Below, in pieces: positions 62,157-64,000 of a DNA stretch of 64,000 bases (position 1 is the stretch's first letter; each line of letters opens with the position of its first letter). The translations under genes and the position numbers were made by a program. The notes under the pieces are model-generated. The model ran no database searches, was not told the origin of the DNA, and worked only from the letters and a program-made list of their open reading frames with translations. Source of the stretch: Zancudomyces culisetae HAW-14-8 (Eukaryota > Fungi > Kickxellomycota); the NCBI GenBank assembly GCA_052426225.1, contig JBNJNM010000023.1, forward strand, positions 1,006,475 through 1,070,474. The letters run 5' to 3'.

Positions 62157-63916
62157 GGGATAGGGATAGGGATAGGGATAGGGATAGGGTTAGGGATAGG
62201 GATAGGGATAGGGATAGGGATAGGGATAGGGTTAGGGTTAGGGTTAGGGTTAGGGTTAGGGTTAGGGTTAGGGTTAGGGTTAGGGTTAGGGTTAGGGTTA
62301 GGGTTAGGGTTAGGGTTAGGGTTAGGGTTAGGGTTAGGGTTAGGGTTAGGGTTAGGGTTAGGGTTAGGGTTAGGGTTAGGGTTAGGGTTAGGGTTAGGGT
62401 TAGGGTTAGGGTTAGGGTTAGGGTTAGGGTTAGGGTTAGGGTTAGGGTTAGGGTTAGGGTTAGGGTTAGGGTTAGGGTTAGGGTTAGGGTTAGGGTTAGG
62501 GTTAGGGTTAGGGTTAGGGTTAGGGTTAGGGTTAGGGTTAGGGTTAGGGTTAGGGTTAGGGTTAGGGTTAGGGTTAGGGTTAGGGTTAGGGTTAGGGTTA
62601 GGGTTAGGGTTAGGGTTAGGGTTAGGGTTAGGGTTAGGGTTAGGGTTAGGGTTAGGGTTAGGGTTAGGGTTAGGGTTAGGGTTAGGGTTAGGGTTAGGGT
62701 TAGGGTTAGGGTTAGGGTTAGGGTTAGGGTTAGGGTTAGGGTTAGGGTTAGGGTTAGGGTTAGGGTTAGGGTTAGGGTTAGGGTTAGGGTTAGGGTTAGG
62801 GTTAGGGTTAGGGTTAGGGTTAGGGTTAGGGTTAGGGTTAGGGTTAGGGTTAGGGTTAGGGTTAGGGTTAGGGTTAGGGTTAGGGTTAGGGTTAGGGTTA
62901 GGGTTAGGGTTAGGGTTAGGGTTAGGGTTAGGGTTAGGGTTAGGGTTAGGGTTAGGGTTAGGGTTAGGGTTAGGGTTAGGGTTAGGGTTAGGGTTAGGGT
63001 TAGGGTTAGGGTTAGGGTTAGGGTTAGGGTTAGGGTTAGGGTTAGGGTTAGGGTTAGGGTTAGGGTTAGGGTTAGGGTTAGGGTTAGGGTTAGGGTTAGG
63101 GTTAGGGTTAGGGTTAGGGTTAGGGTTAGGGTTAGGGTTAGGGTTAGGGTTAGGGTTAGGGTTAGGGTTAGGGTTAGGGTTAGGGTTAGGGTTAGGGTTA
63201 GGGTTAGGGTTAGGGTTAGGGTTAGGGTTAGGGTTAGGGTTAGGGTTAGGGTTAGGGTTAGGGTTAGGGTTAGGGTTAGGGTTAGGGTTAGGGTTAGGGT
63301 TAGGGTTAGGGTTAGGGTTAGGGTTAGGGTTAGGGTTAGGGTTAGGGTTAGGGTTAGGGTTAGGGTTAGGGTTAGGGTTAGGGTTAGGGTTAGGGTTAGG
63401 GTTAGGGTTAGGGTTAGGGTTAGGGTTAGGGTTAGGGTTAGGGTTAGGGTTAGGGTTAGGGTTAGGGTTAGGGTTAGGGTTAGGGTTAGGGTTAGGGTTA
63501 GGGTTAGGGTTAGGGTTAGGGTTAGGGTTAGGGTTAGGGTTAGGGTTAGGGTTAGGGTTAGGGTTAGGGTTAGGGTTAGGGTTAGGGTTAGGGTTAGGGT
63601 TAGGGTTAGGGTAGGGTTAGGGTTAGGGTTAGGGTTAGGGTTAGGGTTAGGGTTAGGGTTAGGGTAGGGTTAGGGTTAGGTTAGTGGTGTTAGGGTTGTA
63701 GGGTTTGGGTAGGGTTAGGGTTAGGTTAGGTTAGGGGTTAGGGTTAGGGTTAGGGTTAGGGTTAGGGTTAGGGTTAGGGTTAGGTTAGGGTTAGGTTAGT
63801 TAGGGTTAGGGTTAGGTAGGGTTAGGGTTAGGTTGGTTAGGGTAGGGTTAGGGTTAGGGTTAGGGTTAGGGTTAGGAGGGTTAGGGTTAGGTTAGAGGTT
63901 AGGGTTAGGGTTAGGG

Positions 63917-63957
<41 letters not shown>

Positions 63958-64000
63958 GGTAGGGTTGGGTTAGCGGTTAGGGTTAGGGTTAGGGTTAGGA
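62157..64000 (+). repeat. Telomere (TTAGGG)n with a proximal GGGATA variant block
   Basis: (GGGATA)5 GGGTTA (GGGATA)6 at 62157-62228, then perfect TTAGGG to about 63610, then scattered irregular units. Confidence 0.98.

Noticed and set aside
63610-64000. Irregular distal telomeric units
   Set aside because: Scattered single-base indels at the contig end are most likely consensus errors, unlike the regular GGGATA block.

Overview
This is the right end of an AT-rich eukaryotic chromosome, ending in about 1.84 kb of TTAGGG telomere. It is probably from an early-diverging fungus; SMG1, intron-poor genes, DIRS elements and chromoviruses would fit Zoopagomycota/Harpellales, but the taxon is my inference. 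The window has four zones. (1) 1-6.6 kb, housekeeping: the C-terminal part of an SMG1-like PIKK kinase and an Aro8-type aminotransferase with one intron. (2) 8-48 kb, secreted-protein zone: all 11 intact host genes I can identify start with a signal peptide. They are six divergent paralogues of one small Cys-patterned, betagamma-crystallin/killer-toxin-like family (plus two pseudogenes), two precursors of Tyr/Gly/Trp peptides, a His/Arg/Cys-Pro-Ser/Thr block protein (plus a pseudogene), a two-headed mucin and a Cys-rich orphan. They are interspersed with a RAD7 pseudogene, two DIRS tyrosine-recombinase retrotransposons and DIRS debris. (3) 49.7-62.1 kb, nested element graveyard: a Tc1 element, three solo LTRs, a full-length degenerate chromovirus with a TSD, and tandem decayed Penelope-like retroelements without a visible endonuclease, whose 5' ends face the telomere. 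(4) The telomere, which begins with GGGATA variant repeats. Best leads: the small secreted family, including one member that shares promoter and signal peptide with an unrelated family; the Tyr/Gly and His/Cys polymer proteins; the telomere-associated Penelope-like array; and a DIRS recombinase frame that stays open across gag and pol. All alignments were done by eye; no searches were run.
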